Shown here: positions 8,305 to 18,647 of the stretch, piece after piece
Layout of the letters: the number at the start of each line of letters is the position of its first letter
Numbering within the stretch: position 1 is the first letter of the stretch
Source: a virus
Lineage: Duplodnaviria > Caudoviricetes
DNA length: 58,382 nucleotides
Reading direction: 5' to 3' (one strand)
IMG/VR virus record: IMGVR_UViG_3300036792_000539
Coordinates: 1 to 58,382 of that record
Made by a program: the position numbers and the translations under genes
Notes under the pieces: model-generated
Told to the model about the DNA's origin: nothing
The model's input: only the letters and a program-made list of their open reading frames with translations
The model's database searches: none

Positions 8305-11300
8305 TTATTGCAATACCGGTTTTTTCCCGGCCGGTACGGTGAGGTAAGTGGGTGAATAAAGTTGTAGGATCATGCCGCTATAGGCCGGGATCGTCACCGA
8401 TCCGGTATGCGGCGCCCCGGTCACGTCCAGGTAATAGGCGTAACCCAGGCTCATCGATATCGGTGCCGCCGTCGGATTGTACAGAAGGACCTGCGGGCCG
8501 TTTTGCAGCGTGCTGTGGCTATCGTAGCTCGTACTGGACTTAAAGCCCGGGAAGGACCTGGTGGTGCCGGCGTCGACGGACGACTTCGTGTAAAAGAGAT
8601 TGGTCAGCGTATTAACCGGCCCGAGATAGCTATTATAATCGATGGCGCCGAAGTTGCCAAGATCATTATTGGGACTGGTGAGCTGCAAGGCTCCGAACTG
8701 GGACGCGAAGACATTATTTTCAACCACCAGGCCCACAATAGGGGTGGCGCTCGTTGCGGCGGCCAGAAATTGCGTCCAGCCTTCCCCATAACCGATGTTA
8801 CCGGTAAAGGTGTTATAAGGCCCGTGGTCGAAATAGCAGATGGAGTTGACATTGCCCACGACGCAGTTCGTCACATCGACGCTGTCGGAGATATTGTCGT
8901 TGTAAATGCCGCAGGCGGCCGAGGAGTAATTCAGGCTAACCCCATTATGCGAAATCGAACTACCGCCGCCGATGCAGATGAGGTTTTTCACCTTGCGGCG
9001 CCGGGCGAAGGCAGTATTCCCACCCGTGCCGATCCAGGTATAGTGCGCGGCGCCGTCCTCGAGGATCTGGCACCAATTGCGGATGTAACTGGAGTCGTCG
9101 TCGAAACCGCTGCCGTAGTTGGCGATCGCTATATAGCCGATGGAATCGAGGAAGCATTTTTTGACCACCGATCCGCTGTCGCCGGCGATGATGCCGCAAT
9201 AATACTGGCTGGCATTACCGGTATGCCCCATGCCCGGCTGCATGCCGATATCAAAAAGCGTATCGTAGAGATAGGAATTATTGTAGTTATTGGCATTCTG
9301 CTTCAGGATACCATTATCCGTCATGTGCAGGATCTTGGTGTTGAGGATCGTTACGCCGCCTTCGCTGCGCAGCTGGACGCCGTCAAAGCCGTAATCCAGG
9401 GTGTCGTTCGACAGCGTTACTCCGGACGCCGCCTGGAAGGCAAGAATGACATTGGCGTAGTTGCCGCCCTGGATGTGCAGGTGATCGAGCGTGAAGTTCA
9501 CGGCCGCGCTGTAGACCGGGGTATCTACGGCCGGAACCGTAACGCCGGTCGGCGTGGTCGTGCTAAAAATTTGCACCGTTCCCGCTGTATTCCGCCACTG
9601 GTTCTGAATTCCGGGGAGACCGCTTTGCTTGAAGTAGCCTGCCGCGCCGGCACCATTGTAAGTGAGAGCCGGACTGACGGTGATCGTACTGCCGGAAATG
9701 CCAGTTATTGTTACCTTATCCAGGGTATAGGCGCTGCTTTTCACGATCAGGGTGTCCCCGACTTGGAGGATACTCGCATGCGCAGCATCGGTAAAGCTCG
9801 TAGTGTTGATCTGCGTCATCGCCCAGTATTGCCCAAATCCGGCAGAGGTGCTTTTGCTTTGAAGGACACCGTTGACGGCGAGTAGATTCGGTTGGGGGCC
9901 CGCATAAGTCGTTTGCCAGACGTTTCCGCCGATACTGGTCCAACCTGTAAGTGCCACCATGCCGCCGATAATTGGCAGGTTGCCGGTGCCGTACGAGGTG
10001 TAATAAACGCCGGATACGGGGGCGAGCTGTATCGCATAGGTGCCGCCCGCCTGAAAGTAAACCGAATCGCCTGCAGTCAATGAAAGGCTCGGTATATAAG
10101 ACGCCGGGCATGGGGCGGGATTCGTGCAGGCAGTCCCGGATCCGGAGGAGGAGATATAGAAGCCGGCCTGCGTAGTCGAGGTAACGGTGAAAGAAGTAGT
10201 CGTGGAATCGGCTTCCCAATACTGCCCCTGTGTCAGGACCTTCACTACGTAAGTACCTGGTACCAATCCGGTGATGGTATCGGTCTTATTTACCGGATTG
10301 TCCACCACTCCCATATTCGGGGTCGATGGCCCGGATACAAACGAAAAACGGACATGCTGCAATCGCGTTCCACCATAAGTGGATGCCGCAGCCGTTAGGA
10401 AGCCCGTTGATCCGGACCAGCTGGCGGAAAGTGCCGCATGAATAGAATAGCAGGTAACGGTGATCGCCGAACACTGCGTGCTGGAAACCGGACCCCCTAC
10501 GCACGCGTTAGAACAACCCTGAGAAGTGGATGGAGCGCAAGTATTGGCGAAGGCATCATATGCCTTTGTGAAATAGGGGAATTGGGCGCCGTCAGGTTGC
10601 ACCGCTGAGAGGTTACTGGACGCATAGTCGGCATAATGAACACCCATCGGGGCGACGAATATTTTATACCGGCCGCAAAACCACCAGTCCCCATTCTGGT
10701 CTTGATAGATATTGTAATAGCAGTAATAACCGCCATTCAGCAGCGTCTTCCAGTTTGTTTTGCCCGCGCAAATAACAACCGGTGTAAATTGTACGATCTG
10801 ACCCGCGCTCTCATCCGATCCGCCATCGTTATAGGGAGAAGAATAAGCGGCAAAATTGAGCTGCGCCCCGTTCCCCAGCGTACCCTGCTCTGAGCTACCC
10901 CACCCTACCAGCACCCTGGTGCTTCCCGAGCCCACCAGCATGTGCGTGCTGGCCATATCTGTCACAATCGTATCGATTGGGCCGATCGCTGTCACAGTAG
11001 AGGTAAGAATCTTTGAGGTGATGTCTGTCGGGTTATTGAGCGGATCGGCTCCTACAGAAGTCGAATGGCACATGCGCCAGCCATATGTTCCCCACCCATA
11101 AACCCGCTGCACGCCGGCGGAATCGAAAAGGGCATAATTACACTCCAGGCCCCCGGCCATCATACGTATATTGTGCGCATGCTGTCCATTGACTAATATC
11201 TCCTGCGGGGTATTATAGCCTCCATTATAAGTGCCAGCGCTTTCCCCGAAGGATGGGCTGCCATAACCAAGAGAGGCCTGATGCGCTCCGCTTACGCTCC

Positions 11301-11931
11301 AGGTATAAATTCGCTGGCCAAGCACGATACCACCCGCGACTGTGTCGCAAAGCACAAAAACGGTGAAAGAAGAATAAATTTGAATCGCCTTCAACCCGGC
11401 TGGGAGCTGGACCTTCACCCATTTCATCAAGTCGGTTGAAGCCGTCCCATTTCCGCGAATGCCGTTTTTTAGGTCCCCGCATATCCATATAGAACTGTCC
11501 AGACCATCTCTGGCTACAAAAAAACCTTCCTCGCCGTCCTGAAAGTTCCACCCAGCTGTCATCATATCGAAGAAGTGGCTGGAACTCCCCGCGCTATCCT
11601 GTATCCCATCATAGACATTATTTCCAGTTATGTAAGGGATACCCGACTGCTGGCCGCCGAACCACGGATGACCATTGTAGTCCAACCATGCGGCACAGTG
11701 GAGACTATTGACAGACACTTTCATCTTTGTGGAGGTCCCGATCAAAGAGGCGGTACCAGGCGTTCCGGTACCCCCATTACACATCAGACCCGTTGCATCC
11801 GTGAAAACCACTCCGAGACTGTCAGAGCTTCTGCCGGCACCCATATATTCTCCTAAGGAGTAATCAAGGATTTTTCGTTGCCCGAGAGTGGCCAGCGGCA
11901 AAAAGGATAATATGATGATGAGGTTCTTCAT
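8305..11931 (-). CDS. Large secreted-type protein with RCC1-like repeats, a PKD-like domain and a right-handed beta-helix; tailspike/adhesin-like
   Basis: Signal peptide MKNLIIILSFLPLATLG|Q; GWGSSEQGTLGNG-type RCC1 repeats; ITGLVPGTYVVKV; YISSSGSGTACT...PC followed by beta-helix-like repeats. Confidence 0.7.
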   Translation of the reverse strand: MKNLIIILSFLPLATLGQRKILDYSLGEYMGAGRSSDSLGVVFTDATGLMCNGGTGTPGTASLIGTSTKMKVSVNSLHCAAWLDYNGHPWFGGQQSGIPYITGNNVYDGIQDSAGSSSHFFDMMTAGWNFQDGEEGFFVARDGLDSSIWICGDLKNGIRGNGTASTDLMKWVKVQLPAGLKAIQIYSSFTVFVLCDTVAGGIVLGQRIYTWSVSGAHQASLGYGSPSFGESAGTYNGGYNTPQEILVNGQHAHNIRMMAGGLECNYALFDSAGVQRVYGWGTYGWRMCHSTSVGADPLNNPTDITSKILTSTVTAIGPIDTIVTDMASTHMLVGSGSTRVLVGWGSSEQGTLGNGAQLNFAAYSSPYNDGGSDESAGQIVQFTPVVICAGKTNWKTLLNGGYYCYYNIYQDQNGDWWFCGRYKIFVAPMGVHYADYASSNLSAVQPDGAQFPYFTKAYDAFANTCAPSTSQGCSNACVGGPVSSTQCSAITVTCYSIHAALSASWSGSTGFLTAAASTYGGTRLQHVRFSFVSGPSTPNMGVVDNPVNKTDTITGLVPGTYVVKVLTQGQYWEADSTTTSFTVTSTTQAGFYISSSGSGTACTNPAPCPASYIPSLSLTAGDSVYFQAGGTYAIQLAPVSGVYYTSYGTGNLPIIGGMVALTGWTSIGGNVWQTTYAGPQPNLLAVNGVLQSKSTSAGFGQYWAMTQINTTSFTDAAHASILQVGDTLIVKSSAYTLDKVTITGISGSTITVSPALTYNGAGAAGYFKQSGLPGIQNQWRNTAGTVQIFSTTTPTGVTVPAVDTPVYSAAVNFTLDHLHIQGGNYANVILAFQAASGVTLSNDTLDYGFDGVQLRSEGGVTILNTKILHMTDNGILKQNANNYNNSYLYDTLFDIGMQPGMGHTGNASQYYCGIIAGDSGSVVKKCFLDSIGYIAIANYGSGFDDDSSYIRNWCQILEDGAAHYTWIGTGGNTAFARRRKVKNLICIGGGSSISHNGVSLNYSSAACGIYNDNISDSVDVTNCVVGNVNSICYFDHGPYNTFTGNIGYGEGWTQFLAAATSATPIVGLVVENNVFASQFGALQLTSPNNDLGNFGAIDYNSYLGPVNTLTNLFYTKSSVDAGTTRSFPGFKSSTSYDSHSTLQNGPQVLLYNPTAAPISMSLGYAYYLDVTGAPHTGSVTIPAYSGMILQLYSPTYLTVPAGKKPVLQ

Positions 11932-12635
11932 TATTGAACTTTCATGGTGAAGGTTGGAACCGTTTGAATAGAATTGATCGAACCGGTCCCCCATTGCGCA
12001 ACCAGTCCGATCGCGTTCGAAACTGTGGTGTTGATGGAATAAGTAGTGCTCGAACTGGCGCCCAAAAATTCATATGGAACTTGACCAGATACGGTGAAAA
12101 TCTGCGATAGAGTCACCGTGCCACCACTGCCAGTCGTCAGGATGGTAATTTTGGCAATATAATGGACTGGTGTATTGCTGGCGCCGTTGGGTAGAACAGG
12201 TCCCCAACTTACCGTCGTCGTACCTGCAATTGAAGGACCGATGGTAAAAGTTCCTATAGAAGAAGCAGCTGTGCTAAGTAGCATCTCCCCTTCCAGAATG
12301 ATGGTCTGACCGACTTGTAGGGTGTTCGCTGGAATAGTGAGCGATCCTGTCCCGGTAGCGCCCATAATATTCGTAGCAGATGTCCCGGTCAATGCCGCGC
12401 CATTGGCAGTCTGAGAGAAGAGGATGGGATTCGTCGCTGCTGCTAAAGCATCCGCCAATAGCAGATCAACGCTGACCGCCGCATGCGTCATTCCCTTAAG
12501 AAACTTAAATCGGGGCGTATCGCTGAATTGTCCGGCCCATCTGTCGCCATCACCCGCTATCGTATTCTTACTGCCTTCCTGTGCTATCCCATGCAGGCAC
12601 GAAAAGAGAAGGGCAAAAAAAAGTATCTTTTTCAT
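11931..12635 (-). CDS. Secreted-type beta-rich protein (fibre-associated)
   Basis: Signal peptide MKKILFFALLFSCLHGIA|Q; Thr/Gly/Ser-rich beta-strand pattern including GSLTIPANTLQVG. Confidence 0.65.
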   Translation of the reverse strand: MKKILFFALLFSCLHGIAQEGSKNTIAGDGDRWAGQFSDTPRFKFLKGMTHAAVSVDLLLADALAAATNPILFSQTANGAALTGTSATNIMGATGTGSLTIPANTLQVGQTIILEGEMLLSTAASSIGTFTIGPSIAGTTTVSWGPVLPNGASNTPVHYIAKITILTTGSGGTVTLSQIFTVSGQVPYEFLGASSSTTYSINTTVSNAIGLVAQWGTGSINSIQTVPTFTMKVQ

Positions 12636-12645
12636 AATGAATTGA

Positions 12646-15438
12646 TTAGTGTACATATCCTTGGGCAATAATCCACCGGGCTATCGCATAATCGCACGCC
12701 CCAGTGGGGTGAATGTTATCGGCCTGCATCGGGCAGCCGCTGGTCCCGATGCTCTGTGTGTAGGTCCATACGTCAGCGAAGGTGATCCCCAGATCCGTGG
12801 CGATCTGCGACAGCGTCCCGGATGGCCCCGCCATCCCAGCCTGACAGGTTTGGGCGGAGTGATAGGGCGGAGACATGATGATGATCTTCGATCGAGAATA
12901 ACCGTAGTTGATTAACTTATTAATCTGCGCTTCATAGTCCAACTTCCAAGTTGTGGCATTGCTAACGCAGTAGTCGTTTGTCCCATATTCCAGCAAAACC
13001 CAGCCATTATTAGCACCGCGCATATAGCTCGATGTAGTTGCGAAGGCATTCGGCGGCGTGACGACCTTAGTCCCGGCGATCCCATAATTGAAGTAGTCCT
13101 TCCCGAGTGTGTCAGCGATGAAGTAGAGGAAACATGAATCGGCATTCCCCAGGCCATAGCCCGCCATGATGCTGTTTCCGAACCCGGCCAGAAAATCATT
13201 ATTGGCCAGCCCGTACTTCGTTTGGAGATAATCTCGTACACTCTTGTCATCGGCATCCTTGGGAATACCAGACACCACGATGCATTCCTCGATGTTGTAA
13301 TTGCAACCGCCGCCAGAAGTCGTCAGCCCCATATTGAATGCGGTCATGGCGCCGGTACCGGGGTTATTCGTGCCCAAATAATAGTAGATGTTCTTCAGCT
13401 CCTCATTCACTTCCACGCTGGAATTGGTGCCGTTAAATACCAATTTGAAAATCTGCCACGTACTGCGGGCATTCATCACGTCCTGGGTCTTCCAGTCGAC
13501 AGACGCTACAGCGCACAGCGTATATCTTCCCCTCGTATCCGGACCGGTGTAGGCGATGCCGTTGGTCGAGGAGGACCCGAATTGGAAGAGGTTGAGGTGA
13601 TTGCCATAGGTGACCCCCTGGACGACGATGTATACAGTATAGGGTTGTGACAGAGCAATCCCGCCCGAGACCGCCATCGTAGCGTTGGAGATGCTGACAT
13701 AGGGCAAATCGTTCGGGCCGCCATAATAGACAACGGTCGGAGATTTCGTGGTGTCCGACTGCGTGAGATTGTAGTTATTGCCGCTCTTGTCGTTGACCTG
13801 GGTGATCCGGGAGGCGCTTCCCGAGGCATTGACGGCGAGCGTAGATTGATCCTGAAAATCGTACCAGCAAACCAGACCGGGGATGTCCTTGGGGTTATAA
13901 TAGAAGGCGGCTTGAGTGGTTTGGTTAACGTTCAATATAATACTTCCCGGCTTCGAAGTCGTGTCTGCATTCAGGCCGCTACCGGCCACCACGGTTTTAA
14001 TGCTATCCGTTCCGGGCGTGGCAAGTGGAATGGCGCCTGCATTGCCCATTCCGCGGTTCAAAAGAGTGCCCCCAGAGGCACTAAGTGCGCCATTCACGAT
14101 CGCTAAATTGGCGCCTAAAGCTACTTTACGCACCGAGCTGTCCGCATCTTGAACGAGAAGGGAGCCTGCGGGTGTCGCCCAGGTTAGTCCCCTTAGCAAC
14201 ATACCGGTCCCAACGGAATCCAAAATATATTGCGCATTGGTCGCGCCGGCGGTATTACCGAGATTCTGGTAAACCGTCGAATCCCAATGACCGAAGGGAG
14301 AGCCGAGAGCAATGAGATTCAATCCATCCATGAACACTCCCCTTTTTGCATAAATATTAAACGGCGGGATGCCAGCGATCCCTTGCGCGACCGCCCGGTC
14401 AACATATAGATCATTAGCCGCTTTGGTCGTGCTATCATGCGCCGTCTGAGTCGGAACCGTCGGATTGCCGGTGAAGGAGGGCGAGGCAAGTGGCGCCTTT
14501 GCGGCCAGCAGGGCATTAACAACCGCCAGGATCGAGTCTACTACCTTTTGGCGAGAGGCCTGCGTCACATATCCCCCCGGATCCGTGGCGATACTGTCAT
14601 TGATTGCTTTCTTCAAGGCAAGTGCCGCATTGAAAATAGCCTGCAAGCTATCGGATACCTTTTGCCGGCTGGCCTGAGTCGTATACCCGCCTGGTGACGT
14701 GGCCGCGCTGTCCGATATATTCTTCTTCAGCACCAGCAGAGCATTGAAAATGGCCTGGAGACTGTCGGACAATTTCTGCTTCGAGGCCTGGGTGACATAA
14801 TTTGACGGCTTACTAACCCCGCTATCGGTAATCTGCTTATATTTTGCCACATTGAAGCCGTCGGTGTGGAAACCGCCGCCTTGTGAGGTGGCGGAGTCGA
14901 ATCCGGAGGAGATCAACCCGCGCAGCGACGCGGCGCTGTCGACGAGGGCGTTCCGAAGACTTGCTCCTGTGTCGATGACCCCCATCTCGGCTAGGGCGAC
15001 GTCCAAGCCGACCGTATCAATCCGGTGGGATAGATTCAGCGTATCTGATGGCGGTATGCCACCTCCGCCGCCTCCGGATGGCAGGATCTGGAAGAACGGC
15101 AGGTGGTGGATTGAATAATGGAGAGTATCGTTCGAAATATAAATAGTGTCCAGGAAAGAAGGCAGCTGGCTAAGCGGGACCTGCCCACCGGCTAAATTCG
15201 GAATAGACAGCCCAATTTGCGCGTTGATGGTATTTAGGACCTGCGTAGAATCCATGTTCAGCAGGTTGATCGCATGCATAGTGGCATTGAGCGTCTTGGC
15301 GGTGATTGCCCGGACACCATTGACGCGAATGCTGTCATTAATCTGCTGCTCTATCGCTGCCTTGCCTGCATCCTGGCCATGAACAGCTATGACCAGGAAG
15401 ACGGGAATAAAAAATATCAGTAGTTTCTTCATACTCAA
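12646..15438 (-). CDS. Tail-fibre-like protein with LamG-like and C-terminal SGNH/GDSL esterase domains and an N-terminal signal peptide
   Basis: KAPLASPSFTGNPTVPT fibre motif; WYDFQD...DKSGNNYNLTQ lectin-like domain; SGNH blocks FGNSIMAG, GIAG, YGTND and DNIHP. Confidence 0.75.
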   Translation of the reverse strand: MSMKKLLIFFIPVFLVIAVHGQDAGKAAIEQQINDSIRVNGVRAITAKTLNATMHAINLLNMDSTQVLNTINAQIGLSIPNLAGGQVPLSQLPSFLDTIYISNDTLHYSIHHLPFFQILPSGGGGGGIPPSDTLNLSHRIDTVGLDVALAEMGVIDTGASLRNALVDSAASLRGLISSGFDSATSQGGGFHTDGFNVAKYKQITDSGVSKPSNYVTQASKQKLSDSLQAIFNALLVLKKNISDSAATSPGGYTTQASRQKVSDSLQAIFNAALALKKAINDSIATDPGGYVTQASRQKVVDSILAVVNALLAAKAPLASPSFTGNPTVPTQTAHDSTTKAANDLYVDRAVAQGIAGIPPFNIYAKRGVFMDGLNLIALGSPFGHWDSTVYQNLGNTAGATNAQYILDSVGTGMLLRGLTWATPAGSLLVQDADSSVRKVALGANLAIVNGALSASGGTLLNRGMGNAGAIPLATPGTDSIKTVVAGSGLNADTTSKPGSIILNVNQTTQAAFYYNPKDIPGLVCWYDFQDQSTLAVNASGSASRITQVNDKSGNNYNLTQSDTTKSPTVVYYGGPNDLPYVSISNATMAVSGGIALSQPYTVYIVVQGVTYGNHLNLFQFGSSSTNGIAYTGPDTRGRYTLCAVASVDWKTQDVMNARSTWQIFKLVFNGTNSSVEVNEELKNIYYYLGTNNPGTGAMTAFNMGLTTSGGGCNYNIEECIVVSGIPKDADDKSVRDYLQTKYGLANNDFLAGFGNSIMAGYGLGNADSCFLYFIADTLGKDYFNYGIAGTKVVTPPNAFATTSSYMRGANNGWVLLEYGTNDYCVSNATTWKLDYEAQINKLINYGYSRSKIIIMSPPYHSAQTCQAGMAGPSGTLSQIATDLGITFADVWTYTQSIGTSGCPMQADNIHPTGACDYAIARWIIAQGYVH
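14500..14840 (-). repeat. Three tandem ~38-aa repeats within the fibre gene
   Basis: YVTQASKQKLSDSLQAIFNALL / YTTQASRQKVSDSLQAIFNAAL / YVTQASRQKVVDSILAVVNALL; boundaries approximate. Confidence 0.85.
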
Positions 15439-15830
15439 TTATTGAAATCAGGACCAAAGTCCTGGTTAAAGTCTCCCGGGTTGTTACATTCGACGTCGAC
15501 GGTAGTCGTTCCGATATACACGCCGCCGGCGCCGATCCGGATGAAGGACTCTTGCCCGTTACCGGTAAAGGGATACATGGCATAGAACCCTTCTCTTGCG
15601 ATTTCATAGGCGGGTCCGGATAGGACGTAGAGAATATCGCCAGGGACCAAGCTGTTATACTGGGCGCTGAAGAGGAAGGCTGGATTATTCGACACAAATG
15701 ACGAATAGCAGTACATCTCCTCCAGTGCGGCGATCACTCCGTTTTCATCAGGATAGATGGTGGTAATATCCACCATCGCTCCGGTGCGGGAGTAAACGGT
15801 AGCCGTCCCGTTTACTCCACCGTAAAACAC
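15435..15830 (-). CDS. Hypothetical tail-region protein
   Basis: Overlap-coupled ORF ending GDFNQDFGPDFNN. Confidence 0.6.
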   Translation of the reverse strand: MFYGGVNGTATVYSRTGAMVDITTIYPDENGVIAALEEMYCYSSFVSNNPAFLFSAQYNSLVPGDILYVLSGPAYEIAREGFYAMYPFTGNGQESFIRIGAGGVYIGTTTVDVECNNPGDFNQDFGPDFNN

Positions 15831-16357
15831 TCAAAGATCCCGGCCGGAATAGCGACGGGTGCCGGCAGCACCTGGCTGATCCAGTCGACCTCCACTTCCC
15901 AGACTACGATTCCCTGCAGGTCGTCGGGGATCTGCGCCTTGGGCTTCCAGACGGCCGTCTTATCGGCCACATGCAGCTTCGTATTCGACCGGAAGGCGAT
16001 GTACCAGTCCCGGCTAAACATGAGGGAGTTGTAAAAAGCAGCGTTGCCGCTATAATTCGGGTCGCGAAACTGCACTTTGAAGTTGTAGGTTAGGTTCTGC
16101 TCTGGCGTATCGCCAAAGCCCGTCACCGTCTTGGGCGTGCCGCCATCGAAATCACCGGAAGTCTCCGGGATGATGACGATCAGGCCTGCCTCGATGCCGG
16201 CCTGCCATTCGGCGGGGTCCGTTGGATCGTTGAAGACCCAGCTCTTGTTGATGACCGCTACCGAGCGCACCCTGGCGGCCTCAAGGGGCGCACAAGGATC
16301 GCAGGAGTGATTGGAGCCGATGCCGCACTCCGATCCGTAATAAAGAATTTGAGACAT
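15812..16357 (-). CDS. Putative major tail (tube) protein
   Basis: 181 aa, beta-rich, following neck and terminator-like genes; called mainly on position. Confidence 0.5.
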   Translation of the reverse strand: MSQILYYGSECGIGSNHSCDPCAPLEAARVRSVAVINKSWVFNDPTDPAEWQAGIEAGLIVIIPETSGDFDGGTPKTVTGFGDTPEQNLTYNFKVQFRDPNYSGNAAFYNSLMFSRDWYIAFRSNTKLHVADKTAVWKPKAQIPDDLQGIVVWEVEVDWISQVLPAPVAIPAGIFECFTVE

Positions 16358-16396
16358 TGGTCAAAAAATTTAATAATCCAGGTTCTTTCGCTGCCA

Positions 16397-16999
16397 TCAG
16401 CAGCCGCAAATGGCGAGGCAATCCTTTCGGTAGCTGCTCTCCACTTTATAGTTGATCTGAAACAAGATGCTTTCCGGTTTCAGGAAGTTGTCGGCGCCAG
16501 GATACTCCTGCGCGAAGACCGCTCCTGAATTAAAATTGGTATCCGACAAGGAAACAATAAGCGAGCTAAACCCTTCGCTCGGATATTCCATCTTCGGGAT
16601 CTCATCGATAAACCCAGAGATGATCACGGCCTCCAGTTCATCGGCCGATAGCCGGATCCGGCTCCGGTCGGCATAGACGATCATATACAGGATCGCCGAA
16701 TTTTTGATCCGGTGCTGCCCGTCACCGAACTGTTTTGAGGCCGGCTCGGGCACGGTCACGCTGCGCTGGACCTTGTGATAGATGATCAAGGGAGCGGTGT
16801 CGTCGATCCCGATGTATTTCGCTTCCCCGTCGGATATCCATACCGTCGGGATGGACTGTTTGCCCCCTCCGGTGACCTTATCGCGCATTACATTCATCGC
16901 AATCCCATTGAACTCGCCGCTGGCAAATCGTTTGTCAGTCAGCGTACCGCGCTGCAGTCCCTGGTTGATCAATCCGACGATATGGTCTAAAAAGGGCAT
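16397..16999 (-). CDS. Putative tail terminator / head-tail joining protein
   Basis: Position and size; Cys-rich C-terminus CLAICGC. Confidence 0.45.
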   Translation of the reverse strand: MPFLDHIVGLINQGLQRGTLTDKRFASGEFNGIAMNVMRDKVTGGGKQSIPTVWISDGEAKYIGIDDTAPLIIYHKVQRSVTVPEPASKQFGDGQHRIKNSAILYMIVYADRSRIRLSADELEAVIISGFIDEIPKMEYPSEGFSSLIVSLSDTNFNSGAVFAQEYPGADNFLKPESILFQINYKVESSYRKDCLAICGC

Positions 17000-17550
17000 T
17001 AGGAATTAAAAATTTTCATGATTTCATCCGCGGCAATTTGTATCGCGAGATCCTCTTCGCGGGCAGTCAGCCCGAAAATCTCTTTTCCATAGGTCTTCTC
17101 CACATAGCCTGCTTTATTGAAGTTCTCTTCATTCGAATAGCCAAGGCCGTAGCCGTCCTCCGTAGCTACGACCTTGAAATCATTCTCCATCTGACGGGTC
17201 AGGCTCGCCACTACCTTGGTGTCACTTGTGCGGTTATAATTCGGTCGGGGTTGCCCCTTGTTCTTTCCCTTGGTGAAAACGCCGGAATCTTTCGGCTGCC
17301 CTTTGTTTTTTCCACGGACAAACCTTTTGGAATTCCCGAAATCGCCCGTCCGAACCTTCATATATTCTTGCCCGTATGTCCCGATTTGGCCGCCAGTAAC
17401 GTCCCTACCCTCTTCATGGATGCGATCATGGACGTCGGCTAAAAGAGTTGTGGCCACCTTGCGCATGACGATATCGTCCTGTCCGAGCTGCTGAAGCTGC
17501 TCCAAGGCGGATCCTAAACCGGGCGATATCGTAACCTTAGCTTCGATCAC
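16999..17550 (-). CDS. Putative neck / virion morphogenesis protein
   Basis: RIHEEGRDVTGGQIGTY...VVASLTRQMENDF...IFGLTAREE pattern resembling neck proteins. Confidence 0.55.
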   Translation of the reverse strand: MIEAKVTISPGLGSALEQLQQLGQDDIVMRKVATTLLADVHDRIHEEGRDVTGGQIGTYGQEYMKVRTGDFGNSKRFVRGKNKGQPKDSGVFTKGKNKGQPRPNYNRTSDTKVVASLTRQMENDFKVVATEDGYGLGYSNEENFNKAGYVEKTYGKEIFGLTAREEDLAIQIAADEIMKIFNS

Positions 17551-18581
17551 ATCGTTATCATTTCGCGGTACGTGACGGGAGCATTACATTCAATGCAGCA
17601 ATCGCTCGTCCGGATGTCAATGCCGTCGAGGGCCTGCTTTAACATCTCGGTCGATTGCGATTCGAAATATTCCTGGTTGGCCTCCGCCTGGTCCCGGTCA
17701 ATGGTCGTATACCGGTTGATCCGGTCAGAGGCCAGGCGTTCGATCATGATTTCCGCTCCCAGCAGGTATTGCAGGGCATCGCCGAGGATATACCGGTTGT
17801 TCCAGGCGAGGGCATCATAGGTGCATCCTACGCTGAAGACGCCGGTCAGTCCGTAGGACTGCATGCCGAAGGCCAGATCGGTGAAATCCTCCTGGACGAT
17901 CGTCTGAGCGCCGCGGATATAGGCATTGCAAAAGACAAAGCCATAGATCCAGTTGACGCAGGAGGAGCATTCCCATTCCACGGTCGGCGGGATATACAAG
18001 TTTGTGCCTTGCACCTCGGTCGCATCGTAGGCCACAAAAAGTCGGAAAGCCGTATAACGCTTCCCGATCTTGATCCGGTTCCAGCCCACCGTCGCGGTCG
18101 CAGCTTTGATCAGGAAGGTGTCCAGAATGGTTCCGGTGTTCAAATCAAAAATGTTGACGGTAACATCATTGGTCGGAACCCCATTCAGATAGAGGCTTAC
18201 TTCCTGAATAATGGTCGACTGAAAGGGCGATGCCACGATCCGCTGCATATTTTTGAAGGTCAGCTCGATCGAAAAACCTCGCCATTGAGGGGCGGGATCA
18301 TAATAGACGGGATCGATCTGCCGGAGCAGGTCGACCGATTGGATAACCGTTTTAAGGCGATACCGGTGGTTGAGGGTCGAATAGATCGCCATCTGAAATT
18401 TCTTCATCGCGCGTTTCTGGATGGTATTCCATACCTGCTGATAGGTGAGCTGATCGGAATCGGCGACCTTATCGATGGATTTCAGATTAATTCCCGGAAG
18501 GTCATTGACATATAGGCCGCTATCCGGGAGGATCCCCGAAATTGCCCCGCGAAGCCCGATATAGTCAATAAAACAGTCCAT
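17547..18581 (-). CDS. Putative head-tail adaptor / structural protein
   Basis: Directly downstream of the capsid gene; SGLYVNDLPGI motif and Cys-rich ends. Confidence 0.5.
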   Translation of the reverse strand: MDCFIDYIGLRGAISGILPDSGLYVNDLPGINLKSIDKVADSDQLTYQQVWNTIQKRAMKKFQMAIYSTLNHRYRLKTVIQSVDLLRQIDPVYYDPAPQWRGFSIELTFKNMQRIVASPFQSTIIQEVSLYLNGVPTNDVTVNIFDLNTGTILDTFLIKAATATVGWNRIKIGKRYTAFRLFVAYDATEVQGTNLYIPPTVEWECSSCVNWIYGFVFCNAYIRGAQTIVQEDFTDLAFGMQSYGLTGVFSVGCTYDALAWNNRYILGDALQYLLGAEIMIERLASDRINRYTTIDRDQAEANQEYFESQSTEMLKQALDGIDIRTSDCCIECNAPVTYREMITM

Positions 18582-18647
18582 CGTTTTGTAAGGATAGGGA
18601 GCGGCGGATAACCGCTCCCTGGTTTATGGTTAAGGCGTCAGACGATT

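Noticed and set aside
8407-9885. 492-aa plus-strand ORF, and similar long antisense ORFs (17655-18515, 37006-38007)
   Set aside because: Antisense shadows of well-supported minus-strand genes in GC-rich sequence, with no recognisable motifs.
8305-15438. Tail fibre genes as DGR targets
   Set aside because: By eye I found no TR-like sequence or GFRF...GSRL peptide in them; a BLASTN of the TR would confirm.
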